Assembly: GCA_963771275.1 (NCBI GenBank)
Contig: CAVYSW010000003.1
Coordinates: forward strand, 1,600,001 to 1,664,000
Length of the DNA: 64,000 nucleotides
From: an uncultured Gemmatimonadales bacterium
Lineage (GTDB): Bacteria; Gemmatimonadota; Gemmatimonadetes; Gemmatimonadales; GWC2-71-9
Direction: 5' to 3'
Below are positions 50,522 through 60,377 of this stretch, in pieces; positions within the stretch are counted from its first letter, which is position 1, and each line of letters opens with the position of its first letter. Under the pieces are notes generated by a model. It saw nothing but the letters and a program-made list of their open reading frames with translations, was not told the origin of the DNA and made no database searches. Position numbers and translations under genes: made by a program.

Positions 50522-53397
50522 GCCCGACCGGAAGCGCCCCGCTCGGGCCGCGCCCGCTGTCGGTCGAGCGGCTGCGCGAGTGCCTGGCGCCGCGCTACGA
50601 GGTCGAGCAGGAAATCGGTCGCGGCGGGAACGCCGTGGTCTACCGGGCCCGCGACGTGGAGCACGGGCGGGCGGTGGCCGTGAAGGTCGTGCGCGACGAG
50701 ATCGCCGTGCTGCTCGGGGTCGACCGGTTCCTCCGGGAAGTGCAGATCGAGGCGCAGCTCCAGCACCCGCACATCCTGCCGCTGTACGACTCCGGCCGCG
50801 TGGACGGCCGCCCCTACTACGTGACGCCGTATGCGGCGGAGGGCTCGCTGCGCGACTGCCTCCGGCGCGAGAAGCAGCTCCCGCTGGACGACGCCGTGCG
50901 CATCGTGGAGCAGATGGCCGACGCGCTGGCGCACGCCCACGCGCGTGGCGTCGTGCATCGCGACGTGAAGCCCGAGAACATCCTGTTCACCGCCGGCCAC
51001 GCGGTGCTCGCCGACTTCGGCCTCGCCCGCGCCATCACCGTGGCGGCGGGCGAGCGCATCACCCAGAGCGGGATCGCGGTGGGCACGCCGAGCTACATGA
51101 GCCCGGAGCAGGCGGCGGCCGACGGCGCCGTGGACGCGCGCAGCGACCTCTACGCGCTCGGCTGCGTGCTGTACGAGATGCTCGCCGGCAGCCCGGCGTT
51201 CGACGGCGCCACCGCGCAGGCGATCCTCGCGCGCCAGCTGTACGATCAGCCGCCGTCGCTCGCGATTCTGCGACCCAAGCTCCCGGCCGGCGTCTTCCGG
51301 TTTCTCGAGCGGGCGCTGGAGAAGACGCCGGCGGACCGGTGGCAGAGCGCGGCCGATTTCTCGGTCGCGCTCGCCGCCGCGGTCCGCACCCCGGGGCTTG
51401 CCGCTCAGGCCGCCGCACGCCGTCGCCGCCGGATCGTGCTCGCCGCGGCGGCGGTGGTCGCGACGGCCGCGCTCGTCGTCTGGTGGCCGTTCGCACCCCC
51501 GACCCTGGAGCGGGACCGCGTCGTGGTCTTCCCGTTTACGGAGCGCGGCGTACCGGTGGCGCAGGCCGGCCTCGGCGCGGAAGTCGCCTTGGGCATCCTC
51601 CGGTCGCTGGAGCACGCCGAGGTCATGACCTCGCTCGACGGCTGGGACCGGCTCGACGAGCGCGAGCGGGCCGATCCGGACCGCGTGACGGCTCGGCGCG
51701 CGCGGGCCATCGCGCGGGATCGCCGCGCGCGTCACTACATCACGGGCGTCGTGGAAGGAGGGGTGGATTCGGTGGCGGTCTCGGTGCGGCTGTACGACGC
51801 CGCGGCCGATACCCTCGTGCGACAGGCGAGCGCCAGTGCGCCGGCCAGCGCGGCCGCCGCGGGCCAGGTGGGAGAGACGGCGCTCAAGGGCGTGCTCCCG
51901 GCGCTGCTCGATCCCGGGTCGGCGACCGACATCGGGGTGCTCGGCCAGAGCCAGTCCGCGGCCGTGGCGCTGTGGCTCCACGGCGAGCGCGCGTACCGGT
52001 CTTCCCGCTTTCGGGACGCGCTCGCCGCCTTCAGCCGCGCCGTCGCGCTCGACTCCTCGCTTGGCGTCGCTGCGGTGCGCGGCGCCCAGGCGGCGGCATG
52101 GGTGGGGCAGTGGGGGCGTGCGGACACGCTGCTCGACTACGGATTGGCGCGGGAGCCAACGCTGCCGGAGCAGTACCGCCTGCTGGCGCACGGGCTCCGG
52201 TACTACTTCGACGGCCGGCCCGACTCGGCGGCGTCCTGGCTGACCCGCCTCACGCAGCGACGACCGGAGTGGGCCGACGGCCGGATGGCGCTCGGCGAGG
52301 TGTTCTATCATCTGGGGGCGTCCGTGCTGGGAGGCGACTCGCTCGCCGCCATCGAGTTCCGCGCGGCCCTGGCTGCCGACCCGCGGTTCACCCCCGCGCT
52401 CCGCCACGTGACGGAGCTGGCGATTCGGGCCGATCGGCCCGACAGCGCCCGCAAGCTGCTCACCCGCTACCGGAAGGTCGAGCCGGACAGCTCCGTCGTG
52501 CTGCCCATCGAGTTGATGCTCGCGTGTGTCACCCACGGGCCGGGCAGCGAATGGCAGATGGCAGCAGCGCGGGATCCCGGCGCGGTGATGAACGCCGGGC
52601 TCCAGCTTGCCGGGCGCGGGGCGCACCCCGCGTGCGCGGAGGCGGCGTTCCGCGCCCTGCTCGCGGCGCCCGACGCGGATGAGCGCACGCGATGGGGCGG
52701 GCTGATCGGGCTCCAGACGCTGCTGGTGGCCACCGGCCGGCCGCGCGAAGCCCGGGCGCTGCTCGACTCGGCGGTGCAGGCCGGCGACAGCGACGCGCTG
52801 TCGTACTACGTGATCGGCGCCCTGGCCGGCGCGCCGATGGAGCAGGGCGTGCGGCAGCTCGAGGCCCTCGTGCGGGAGGCGTTCCAGGACGACTACCGCC
52901 GCATCGTGGGCGCACGCTACGTGTGGCTGCTCGGCGTCTGGTACGCGCACACCGGCGACGCGACGCGGCTGCTGCGCGCGCTCGCGGCGATCGACGAGAA
53001 GGTGGCGCAGCATCACGCGCCGGTCGACTCGAATCTCGCGGCGGCGCTCCGCGCCCACCTGGCGCTGGTGCGGCGGGACACCACGGAGGCGCTGCGGCGG
53101 TTCCGCGCCCTGTCCGTGGTGGGGCCGCGCGAGACGTTCGCCTGGAGCCCCGCCGACCCGCTCGCGGTGGAGCGCATCCGGCTCACCGAGCTGCAGCTTG
53201 CGACTGGTGCGTTTCGGGAAGCCCTGCGCACCGCGAGCTACCTCGACGATCCCGAGCCCGTCGTCTATCTCGAGTTCCTCCCGATGAGCCTGGCCCTGCG
53301 TCTCGCAGCGGCACGGCGTCTGGGGGACCGCCGTCTGGAGCGCCAGCTGGAGCGGCGGCTGGCGGCGCTCGGGCGCGCCGAGCCGAATCGGCACTGA
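50518..53397 (+). CDS. Transmembrane Hanks-type Ser/Thr protein kinase with extracytoplasmic TolB-N/TPR-like region
   Basis: GTGA overlap start; GRGG.AVVY, VAVKV, HRDVKPEN, DFG, GTP.YMSPE, DLYALG; TM RRRRRIVLAAAAVVATAALVVWW; VVVFPF then helical repeats. Confidence 0.93.
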   Translation: MSPTGSAPLGPRPLSVERLRECLAPRYEVEQEIGRGGNAVVYRARDVEHGRAVAVKVVRDEIAVLLGVDRFLREVQIEAQLQHPHILPLYDSGRVDGRPYYVTPYAAEGSLRDCLRREKQLPLDDAVRIVEQMADALAHAHARGVVHRDVKPENILFTAGHAVLADFGLARAITVAAGERITQSGIAVGTPSYMSPEQAAADGAVDARSDLYALGCVLYEMLAGSPAFDGATAQAILARQLYDQPPSLAILRPKLPAGVFRFLERALEKTPADRWQSAADFSVALAAAVRTPGLAAQAAARRRRRIVLAAAAVVATAALVVWWPFAPPTLERDRVVVFPFTERGVPVAQAGLGAEVALGILRSLEHAEVMTSLDGWDRLDERERADPDRVTARRARAIARDRRARHYITGVVEGGVDSVAVSVRLYDAAADTLVRQASASAPASAAAAGQVGETALKGVLPALLDPGSATDIGVLGQSQSAAVALWLHGERAYRSSRFRDALAAFSRAVALDSSLGVAAVRGAQAAAWVGQWGRADTLLDYGLAREPTLPEQYRLLAHGLRYYFDGRPDSAASWLTRLTQRRPEWADGRMALGEVFYHLGASVLGGDSLAAIEFRAALAADPRFTPALRHVTELAIRADRPDSARKLLTRYRKVEPDSSVVLPIELMLACVTHGPGSEWQMAAARDPGAVMNAGLQLAGRGAHPACAEAAFRALLAAPDADERTRWGGLIGLQTLLVATGRPREARALLDSAVQAGDSDALSYYVIGALAGAPMEQGVRQLEALVREAFQDDYRRIVGARYVWLLGVWYAHTGDATRLLRALAAIDEKVAQHHAPVDSNLAAALRAHLALVRRDTTEALRRFRALSVVGPRETFAWSPADPLAVERIRLTELQLATGAFREALRTASYLDDPEPVVYLEFLPMSLALRLAAARRLGDRRLERQLERRLAALGRAEPNRH

Positions 53398-53418
53398 GTC
53401 CACTCGTGAGGAGGAGCC

Positions 53419-53682
53419 ATGAACGCAACCAGCAACGGAGTGAGCAAGACGCTCTTCTGGATCGTCGCCGCGGTGGTGTTCCTGATCGAGCTGCTGCTGC
53501 TGTGGCAGGTCAACCAGCTGACGAAGTACACACAGAAGCTCGACGGCTGGCTGCGGAGCACCATGCAGGTGTGCGAGGTCGTCGCCCCGAACACGATCCA
53601 GTGCAAGAAGCTGGGTGACGCGATCGGCGGTGCGGAGGGGATCCAGCCGCCGCCGAAGTGCTCGTGGGGCAAGTGTCAGTAG
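53419..53682 (+). CDS. Small single-pass membrane protein with 4-Cys C-terminal peptide
   Basis: Strong GAGGAGGAG RBS; TM LFWIVAAVVFLIELLLLW; tail CEVVAPNTIQC...GIQPPPKCSWGKCQ. Confidence 0.8.
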   Translation: MNATSNGVSKTLFWIVAAVVFLIELLLLWQVNQLTKYTQKLDGWLRSTMQVCEVVAPNTIQCKKLGDAIGGAEGIQPPPKCSWGKCQ

Positions 53683-53811
53683 CGGCAGGCCCCCGCTGAA
53701 GCGGGCGGGGCGACCGAATCGCGTGCCGGTCGCCCCGTCAGGGGGCCCGCCATCGGTCACCGTCGGATCGTCTGCGGCGCTTCCCACGGCCGCGCGATCG
53801 TGCTGCGCAGA

Positions 53812-53839
53812 TTGACGCAACAGGGCCACCGCGTACCTT
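53812..53839 (+). promoter_or_regulatory. Possible sigma70 promoter
   Basis: TTGACG-16 nt-TACCTT, about 50 nt upstream of the 53889 ORF. Confidence 0.4.
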
Positions 53840-53888
53840 ATTACTCGGTGCAGATGCCAAGGGGTTTTCGCGGCTGGAGGATGAGCAC

Positions 53889-54416
53889 ATGATGCGTCAT
53901 GCGCTGTTGATCGGGTTGACGGGCGTCGCGCTCGCCGCGTGCGGGCAGCAGATGACGCCGCGGGACCGGGCAGTCGACGAGCAACTCGTGCGGGATCGCG
54001 CCACGGCGTGGGCGCGGACCTTCAGCAACCGCCAACGGGACTCCCTCGCCACGTTCTACCAGCAGACCCCCGAGTTCACGTTCGCCTGGCCCGACGGGCG
54101 CCGAACGAGCGGCTGGGAGGAGGAGTCCAAGGCCCAACAGGACTTCTTTGCCACCGTCACGCAGACCAACCTGGTGCTCCAGGACGTGAAGGTCGAGATC
54201 CTCACCCCGGCGCTGGCGCTCGTCACGTTCCGCCACACGGCGGATTTCATCGTCGGCGGGAGCGGTGGGAATCCCGCGCGCAACTACTTCACGGGCCTCG
54301 GGACGATGCTGTGGACGAAGCCGGATGCCAGGGGGGTCTGGATGGTCCACGCCGGACAGCTCTCGACGACGCCGGCTCCGGCGGCCGCCGCCCCGGCGGG
54401 GCGCCGCCGCGGATGA
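53889..54416 (+). CDS. NTF2/SnoaL-like lipoprotein
   Basis: GGAGG RBS, LAAC lipobox, W...F...D..A.FY, L.P..ALV, T.LW.K...W..VH...S. Confidence 0.8.
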   Translation: MMRHALLIGLTGVALAACGQQMTPRDRAVDEQLVRDRATAWARTFSNRQRDSLATFYQQTPEFTFAWPDGRRTSGWEEESKAQQDFFATVTQTNLVLQDVKVEILTPALALVTFRHTADFIVGGSGGNPARNYFTGLGTMLWTKPDARGVWMVHAGQLSTTPAPAAAAPAGRRRG

Positions 54417-54544
54417 CGTGCTCGGGGTGACGGACCCGGCGGTCCGTCGCCCGGTGCAGGGCCGGGGCGACAGCCGGCAACCGGCGGCTTGTGCGCAGCG
54501 GCACAACGTCGTATCGTAACGAAACTTCCAAGGGAGCCCAGCGG

Positions 54545-55657
54545 ATGCCGGACCCCTTCCTCAATCCTGAGGATGTCGCTGAGCAGGCCCATCAACTCTA
54601 TAACGAAGGACAGTACGACGAGGCGGTCGCGGTTCTCCGCGAGGGCCTGCTGGCGTTCCCCTATGCGGCGGAGCTGCACGTCGGCTTGGCGTACGCGCAC
54701 CTGGCACGGGAAGAGTACGCCTGGGCGCACCGCGCCTTCCGCGAAGCCCTCGCCATCAACGCGGAACACGAGGACGCCCTGGTCGGGCTGGGTGAAACCC
54801 TGCTCAAGATCGGCCATCCCGCGCGCGCCCTGGAGTGTTTCGAGCGGATGCTCGTCCTCGGCTTCCAGGACGATCACGATCTCGTGTTGCAGGCGGGCCG
54901 CGCCTTGTTCCGCGAAGGCGCGGTCGCGGCCGCGCGCCGCTTCTTCGAGGTGGCGGGCAACGCGCACCCGGATTCGTCCGAAGCGCGGGCGTGCCTCGGG
55001 TACGCCGAGCACCGGCTCGGCAACGAGGACGTCGCGGTGCGCTCGCTGCGCCGGGCGCTCGAGCTCGATCAACACCACCTCGAGGCGCGCATCTATCTCG
55101 GCAACCTGCTGTACGACCGGGGGGAATTCGAAGCGGCGCTGTATCATTTCGAGCAGACCCAGCCCGACGACCACGTCGACGAGCTGGCGGTGTGGCGGCT
55201 GATCGAGCTCAAGAAGTCGATCTACCGGCTGGTGCCTAACGACCCGGAGCTGGCGCCGTGGACCGAGCGCCTCGCGGAGCTGGCCGAGCAGGGCGACGCG
55301 ATCGATCAGTTGTTCGCCGAGATCGAGGCGACGCAGGCCGACGGCACCGTGCGGGATCCGCTGCAGCTGGAGCTGTTCAGCACGCTGCTGCTCGAGATGG
55401 AGGGGATGCACCGGCGCGCGTCCTCGGTGTCGCATCGGGTGACCACCCGGGGAGGCACCAGCTATTCCGGCACGTGGGAGGAGATCGTGCTGCAGATGCG
55501 GGCGGACGACCGGAGCTGGGGAGCGGGGTCGCTGCTCGACTACATGGAGCATGTCGCCCGCCGGCACGCCGCCGACGGCATCGCCATTTCGGCGACGGAT
55601 GCCGAGGCGTTCGTGCTGGGGAGCGCGGCGGCCGGGCTGCTCAAGATCATTTGTTGA
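54545..55657 (+). CDS. Tetratricopeptide repeat protein
   Basis: Repeated A...LG..........A...F..AL..P/D units; GGGAG RBS before MPDPF. Confidence 0.85.
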   Translation: MPDPFLNPEDVAEQAHQLYNEGQYDEAVAVLREGLLAFPYAAELHVGLAYAHLAREEYAWAHRAFREALAINAEHEDALVGLGETLLKIGHPARALECFERMLVLGFQDDHDLVLQAGRALFREGAVAAARRFFEVAGNAHPDSSEARACLGYAEHRLGNEDVAVRSLRRALELDQHHLEARIYLGNLLYDRGEFEAALYHFEQTQPDDHVDELAVWRLIELKKSIYRLVPNDPELAPWTERLAELAEQGDAIDQLFAEIEATQADGTVRDPLQLELFSTLLLEMEGMHRRASSVSHRVTTRGGTSYSGTWEEIVLQMRADDRSWGAGSLLDYMEHVARRHAADGIAISATDAEAFVLGSAAAGLLKIIC

Positions 55658-55740
55658 ACTGCTGTCCTCGTCCGCCGCGCACGCCTCGCCGGGGCGCCAG
55701 GCTCTGACCCGTCCCTGCTATCTCCGCTTCATCCGCCACC

Positions 55741-58332
55741 ATGCGCTGGACCGATTCGGTCGTCCGCGAAGTCTTGCCCACGGGGCTAACGCTGCTGGCA
55801 CAGCGGGATGCCTCCGTGCCCGTGGTCGCGGTCGTCACGCACGTCAAGGCCGGCTACTTCGACGAGCCTGACGAGTGGGTGGGCATCGCCCACGTGCTCG
55901 AGCACATGATGTTCAAGGGAACCCCGCGGCACGGTCCGGGCCGGCTCGCGCACGAGACCCAGCTGCTCGGCGGCTACCTGAACGCCAGCACGATCTACGA
56001 CAAGACGGTGTTCTACAGCACGGTGCCGTCCACCGCCGACGGGCTTGCACGGGTGCTCGCGCTCCAGGCGGACGCCCTGATGCACGCCGCGCTCGACCCG
56101 GACGAGCTCGCGCGCGAGCTCGAGGTGATCGTCCAGGAGGCGAAGCGCAAGCTGGACTCGCCGGGCGCCGTAACCGCCGAAACCCTGTACGAGCTGCTGT
56201 TCACCGTCCATCGCATGCGCCGCTGGCGGATCGGCACGGAGACCGGCCTGCGGCGTCTCGGCGCCGCCGACGTGCGGGCCTACTACGAGACCCGCTACAC
56301 CCCGGCGCGGGTCATCGTCGCCCTGACGGGCGACCTCGACCCGGACCGCGCGCTCGCCCACGCCCGTGACCTCTATGGCGAGTGGCGACGCCCCCCGGCG
56401 CCGGTACCGGGCTCGCCACCGGAGCCTCCCGGCCGCCGCGCCCGGCTCAAGGTGCTGCGCGGCGACGTGGAGCGACCGCTCGCGGCGATCGGGTGGCGGA
56501 CCGTGGGGCCCCGCCATCCCGATGCCCCCGCGCTCGACGTGGCCGCGGAGATCCTCGGAGCGGGTCAGGGCTCGTGGCTCGCGCAGGCCGTCCGCCGCCC
56601 GGGCCTCGCCAGTGCCGTCGGGAGCACGCATTACTCGGTGGGCGACGTCGGCGTGTTCGACATCTCACTCGCGGGCGAGGCCGCGACGCTGCGCGCCGCA
56701 CTGGCGCGGGCGCTGACGCTCGCGGACCGGCTGGCCGACGCCGGACCGGACCCCGCGCAGCTGGCACGCGTCCGGGCGTTGCTCGCGGCGCACTGGGCGC
56801 GACGCTTCGAGTCGGCCGACGGCCGCGCCGCCACGCTCGCGGAGTGCGAGGCGCTGGGGGACTACGCGCTGGCGGATGACTACCCCGAGCGGGTGCTGGC
56901 GGCCGGCGCGGAAGCCGTGCGGGACGCGGCGCGGCGCTACCTGGCCGGAGACGCCGCGTGCGCGGCGGTCTATCTGCCGGGTGATGCCGCCGTGGAGCTG
57001 GCCGAAGCGGCCTGGCCGCCGGGCGAAGACGGACTCGCGGCGCCCGGGACGGTCCCCGTACGCCTGGCCCGCCCGCCCGCCGCGCCGCCGCCGGGATCGG
57101 CCGAGCTGCCCGGCGACATTACCGTGCTCAGCGTGCCGGGCGCCGACGTGCTGGCGCGCCCGCGCCGCGGCCTGGGTCTGGTATCCGTGGGCGTGTACTT
57201 CCCGGGCGTGACGGTGCAGGAGACCGCGGCCAACGCCGGCATCACGCGGCTGCTGGCGCGGAGCGCGCTGCGCGGCGCCGCCGGTCTCGACGCCGACCAG
57301 CTCGCGGTCGCGGCGGAGTCGCTGGGCGGTTCCATCGCCCCAATGGTGGGCGCGGAGACGGTGGGGTGGGCCATGAGCGTTCGCGCGGCGGCGGCGGGAG
57401 AGGCCCTGCAGTTGCTCCGCCTCGTCGCGGGCGAGGCGACACTCGAGCCCGAGGCGGTCGCCGTCGAGCGGACCCTGCAGGTGAACGACGCGGCCCGCGC
57501 CCGGGACGACATGTTCCAGTACCCGCTGCAACAGGCCCTGTGGGGCGCGTTCCCGGGACACCCGTACGGGCTGCCATCCCTGGGCGAGCCGGACGTCGTG
57601 CGGGAGATCGGCACGGCCGACGTGCGCGCGTGGCACGGGCGTGTGGCGCGCACCCGCGCGATCGTGACGGTCGTCGGCGATCTCGACCGCGACCGGCTGC
57701 TCGAAGCGGGGGCGGTGTTCGGGGACTGGCCGGGCCGCCTGCCGGGTGCGGCGGTCGACACGCCTGTCTGGGGCGCCAGCCGCGCGGTCGAGCGACGCGA
57801 GAAGGCGCAGACGGCGCTTGCCATGGCGTTCGCCGCTCCCGGCGCGACCGCGCCCGAGCGGTTCACGCTGTACGTGCTGGCGGCGCTGCTCAGCGGGCTC
57901 GCCGGACGCCTGTTCGACGAGCTGCGCGAGCGGCGGGCGCTGGCATACACCGTCCAGGCCGCGCCGTGGCTGCGGCAGCGCGCGGGGGCGATGCTCGTCT
58001 ACGTTGCCACCGCCCCGGAGCGTGAGGCCGAGGCCCGGGACGCCCTGCTCGAGGAGCTGACGCGCGTCGCGCGGGAGCCGATCGGGGACGCCGAGCTGGA
58101 ACGGGCGCGACGCTACGCGGCCGGCCTGGTGGCGATCCGCCGGCAGCTCGCCGGAGCCGTGGCCACCGAGCTCGTGAGCGGGTGGGTCAACGGCACGCTC
58201 GACGCGTTCGAGGCGGAGGCCGCGCGCCGCCGCGCGGTGACCGCCGAGCAGCTCGCCGACGCCGCGCGCCGCGTGTTCGAGCCCGACCGCCGCACCGAGT
58301 TCGTGCTGCGCGGCAGCGGGATGAGCCGCTAG
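55741..58332 (+). CDS. M16 (insulinase/pitrilysin family) zinc peptidase, cytoplasmic
   Basis: LPTGL, G...E.....GIAHVLEHMMFKGT, NAST..D.T, RLFDELRE...LAY; no signal peptide. Confidence 0.92.
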   Translation: MRWTDSVVREVLPTGLTLLAQRDASVPVVAVVTHVKAGYFDEPDEWVGIAHVLEHMMFKGTPRHGPGRLAHETQLLGGYLNASTIYDKTVFYSTVPSTADGLARVLALQADALMHAALDPDELARELEVIVQEAKRKLDSPGAVTAETLYELLFTVHRMRRWRIGTETGLRRLGAADVRAYYETRYTPARVIVALTGDLDPDRALAHARDLYGEWRRPPAPVPGSPPEPPGRRARLKVLRGDVERPLAAIGWRTVGPRHPDAPALDVAAEILGAGQGSWLAQAVRRPGLASAVGSTHYSVGDVGVFDISLAGEAATLRAALARALTLADRLADAGPDPAQLARVRALLAAHWARRFESADGRAATLAECEALGDYALADDYPERVLAAGAEAVRDAARRYLAGDAACAAVYLPGDAAVELAEAAWPPGEDGLAAPGTVPVRLARPPAAPPPGSAELPGDITVLSVPGADVLARPRRGLGLVSVGVYFPGVTVQETAANAGITRLLARSALRGAAGLDADQLAVAAESLGGSIAPMVGAETVGWAMSVRAAAAGEALQLLRLVAGEATLEPEAVAVERTLQVNDAARARDDMFQYPLQQALWGAFPGHPYGLPSLGEPDVVREIGTADVRAWHGRVARTRAIVTVVGDLDRDRLLEAGAVFGDWPGRLPGAAVDTPVWGASRAVERREKAQTALAMAFAAPGATAPERFTLYVLAALLSGLAGRLFDELRERRALAYTVQAAPWLRQRAGAMLVYVATAPEREAEARDALLEELTRVAREPIGDAELERARRYAAGLVAIRRQLAGAVATELVSGWVNGTLDAFEAEAARRRAVTAEQLADAARRVFEPDRRTEFVLRGSGMSR

Positions 58333-58389
58333 CACGCCCGCGGACGACCGCGCGCTTCCGGGGCGCACGGGCCGCTATGTTGGGGGAGG

Positions 58390-58848
58390 CTAGAACATCG
58401 ACATCGCGAGAAACGAGCGCAGATTCTCGTTCGTGACCCGCAGCCGGCTCGAGAGCAGGCGGACCACGGCCCAGAGCACCTTGTACGCGATGTCGCGGTT
58501 GAAGTCGAGCAGAATCTCGAAATCCGATCGGGTGATGGTGATGAGCGTCGAGTCCGTGTTCGCGATCGCGTCGGTGGACCGCTCCGAGCGGTCGAACACC
58601 GACATCTCGCCGAAACACGCCCCCCGCTTCAGCACCGTGAGGGCCTCCTCGCCCGAGCCGGGAATCTGCCGGGAGATCCGCACCTCGCCCTGCGAGATCA
58701 GATACAGGCGGTTGCCCGGCTCACCCTCCTTGAAGATCGTCTGCCCGAACTTGAACTGCTGCTCCTTGCAGATCTCGGCGACGTGCACCAGCTCCCCGTC
58801 GGTGAGATCGGTGAAGATGGCGGCGTGGCGAAGCAGGGCGGGGTCCAT
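58390..58848 (-). CDS. Stand-alone cyclic nucleotide-binding domain protein
   Basis: IF..L, IFKEGEPG..LY.I..G.V, G..FGEMS.FD...RS..A.A; no HTH. Confidence 0.9.
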   Translation of the reverse strand: MDPALLRHAAIFTDLTDGELVHVAEICKEQQFKFGQTIFKEGEPGNRLYLISQGEVRISRQIPGSGEEALTVLKRGACFGEMSVFDRSERSTDAIANTDSTLITITRSDFEILLDFNRDIAYKVLWAVVRLLSSRLRVTNENLRSFLAMSMF

Positions 58849-58883
58849 GCAGCCTCCCGACCGCAGTCGGACGCAGAAGAACG

Positions 58884-59441
58884 ATGCAAGCTACCGTTCA
58901 CGATAGGGGGCGGCAAGCGAGCCGGGCACTGGCGGGCCCCGACGTGCTGAGCCTCGCCCGGATCCCGCTCGCGGTGGCGTTCATCGCGGTGGGCGACACG
59001 TGGTTGCGTCCGGCGGTGCTCGCGGTGGCCGTGCTGACCGACCTGCTGGACGGCTTCCTGGCGCGTCGCGTCGGCCCCTCCCGGCTGGGCGTCGCGCTCG
59101 ACCCCGTGGCCGACAAGCTGTTCATGGCCGCCGCGTTCTGGGTCGTGCTGCGCAGCGGGCTATTGCATCCGCTCGAGGTCGCGGGCGTGCTGTTGCGGGA
59201 CATCATCGCCTTCCTGGCGTATCTCGCGATGGTCGTGCGGGGCCGCCCCACCACGCTGCCGGCGCGGGCGGGTGGCAAGGCCGTGACGGTGGCGCAGGTC
59301 CTCACCCTCATCGCGTTCCTGGCGGAGTCCGACCTGCTGCGGCCGCTCGCGTGGGCGACGGCCGCCGTGTCGGTGTACGCGATCTGGGACTACACGCGCG
59401 TCGGGCTCGCCGGGCGGGACGACGCGGCGCACAAGGAGTAG
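58884..59441 (+). CDS. CDP-alcohol phosphatidyltransferase (PgsA-like)
   Basis: TD.LDG.LARR...S.LG..LDP.ADK signature. Confidence 0.9.
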   Translation: MQATVHDRGRQASRALAGPDVLSLARIPLAVAFIAVGDTWLRPAVLAVAVLTDLLDGFLARRVGPSRLGVALDPVADKLFMAAAFWVVLRSGLLHPLEVAGVLLRDIIAFLAYLAMVVRGRPTTLPARAGGKAVTVAQVLTLIAFLAESDLLRPLAWATAAVSVYAIWDYTRVGLAGRDDAAHKE

Positions 59442-59443
59442 CC

Positions 59444-59860
59444 ATGGGGTCCGATCGAGCCGTCCAGCTGACCTGGCTGGGTACAGGCATGCAGTTCTCG
59501 GGTGCCGGCACCGAGCCGGCGACGCCACCGATGGTGATCGACGGGGACGGGGCGGCGGGACCCAGCCCGATGCTGGCGCTGCTGCTCGCCGCCGGTGGCT
59601 GCACCGGCGCGGACGTCGTGTCGATCCTCGCGAAGATGCAGGTCCACCTGCGGCGCTGCGACATCGCGGTGTCGGGCACGCGGCGGGACGAGCACCCCCG
59701 CCGGTACGTCGCCGTCCGCCTCCGCTTCACGCTCGCGGGCGACGGCCTCGATCGGCCCAGGGCCGAGCGCGCGGTGTCGCTCTCGCTCACGAAATACTGC
59801 TCGGTCCTGCACTCGCTCGCGCCGGACGTCGCCATCGAGCACGAGATCGTGCTTGCGTAG
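59444..59860 (+). CDS. OsmC family protein
   Basis: AAGGAG RBS; GPSPM..LL...GGCT..DV..IL.K, A.RAV.LS..KYCSV..SL. Confidence 0.9.
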   Translation: MGSDRAVQLTWLGTGMQFSGAGTEPATPPMVIDGDGAAGPSPMLALLLAAGGCTGADVVSILAKMQVHLRRCDIAVSGTRRDEHPRRYVAVRLRFTLAGDGLDRPRAERAVSLSLTKYCSVLHSLAPDVAIEHEIVLA

Positions 59861-60311
59861 GGGCCACCTGGCGTTGCTGGTCGGCCTGGTGTTCCCCGCG
59901 CCGGTCAGCGCGCAGCGCGGTCACGACCTCCAGCTGCACGCCATCGGGTTGGTCGGGGGGCGGGAGCTCGTGGGGGTCGGAGGGGGGGCGGGCCTGCGAT
60001 TCGGCAGGGGGCTGCGCGCGGCGCTCGTCGTGAGCGGGGGATGGCTGGAGCCGGGGCGCGCGGGGGGGCGGGCGGAGCTGCTGGCGACCTTCCACCTCGC
60101 GCCGTTCCGCCGCGCGGGCTCGACGGTGTACGGTGGTGGCGGCGTCGCGGCGCTCGCCGCTGATTCCCTGCGCGGCTACCTCGTGCTCCTGATCGGACTC
60201 GAAGCCCGACCGGCCGCCGGCGGCGGGTGGTTTGCCGAGGCCGGCATCGGCGGGGGCGTGCGCCTCGCCCTCGGGTACCGGGCGATCAGCTATGCCGCAC
60301 GACGGCGCTGA
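59853..60311 (+). CDS. Hypothetical exported protein, possible small beta-barrel
   Basis: TTG start overlapping the OsmC stop, signal peptide ending VSA-Q, Gly-rich amphipathic strands (YGGGG, WFAE.G.G...LGY). Confidence 0.55.
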   Translation: MRRGHLALLVGLVFPAPVSAQRGHDLQLHAIGLVGGRELVGVGGGAGLRFGRGLRAALVVSGGWLEPGRAGGRAELLATFHLAPFRRAGSTVYGGGGVAALAADSLRGYLVLLIGLEARPAAGGGWFAEAGIGGGVRLALGYRAISYAARRR

Positions 60312-60313
60312 CG

Positions 60314-60354
60314 CAAAAGCAAACGGGGACCGGAGCGCAGCGCGCTCCCGCCCC
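60314..60354 (-). terminator. Probable intrinsic terminator of the 60378-60653 gene
   Basis: Minus strand GGGGCGGGAGCGC-gct-GCGCTCCGGTCCCC followed by GTTTGCTTTTG. Confidence 0.5.
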
Positions 60355-60377
60355 CATCCGAACCCCCTGCGGAACGG

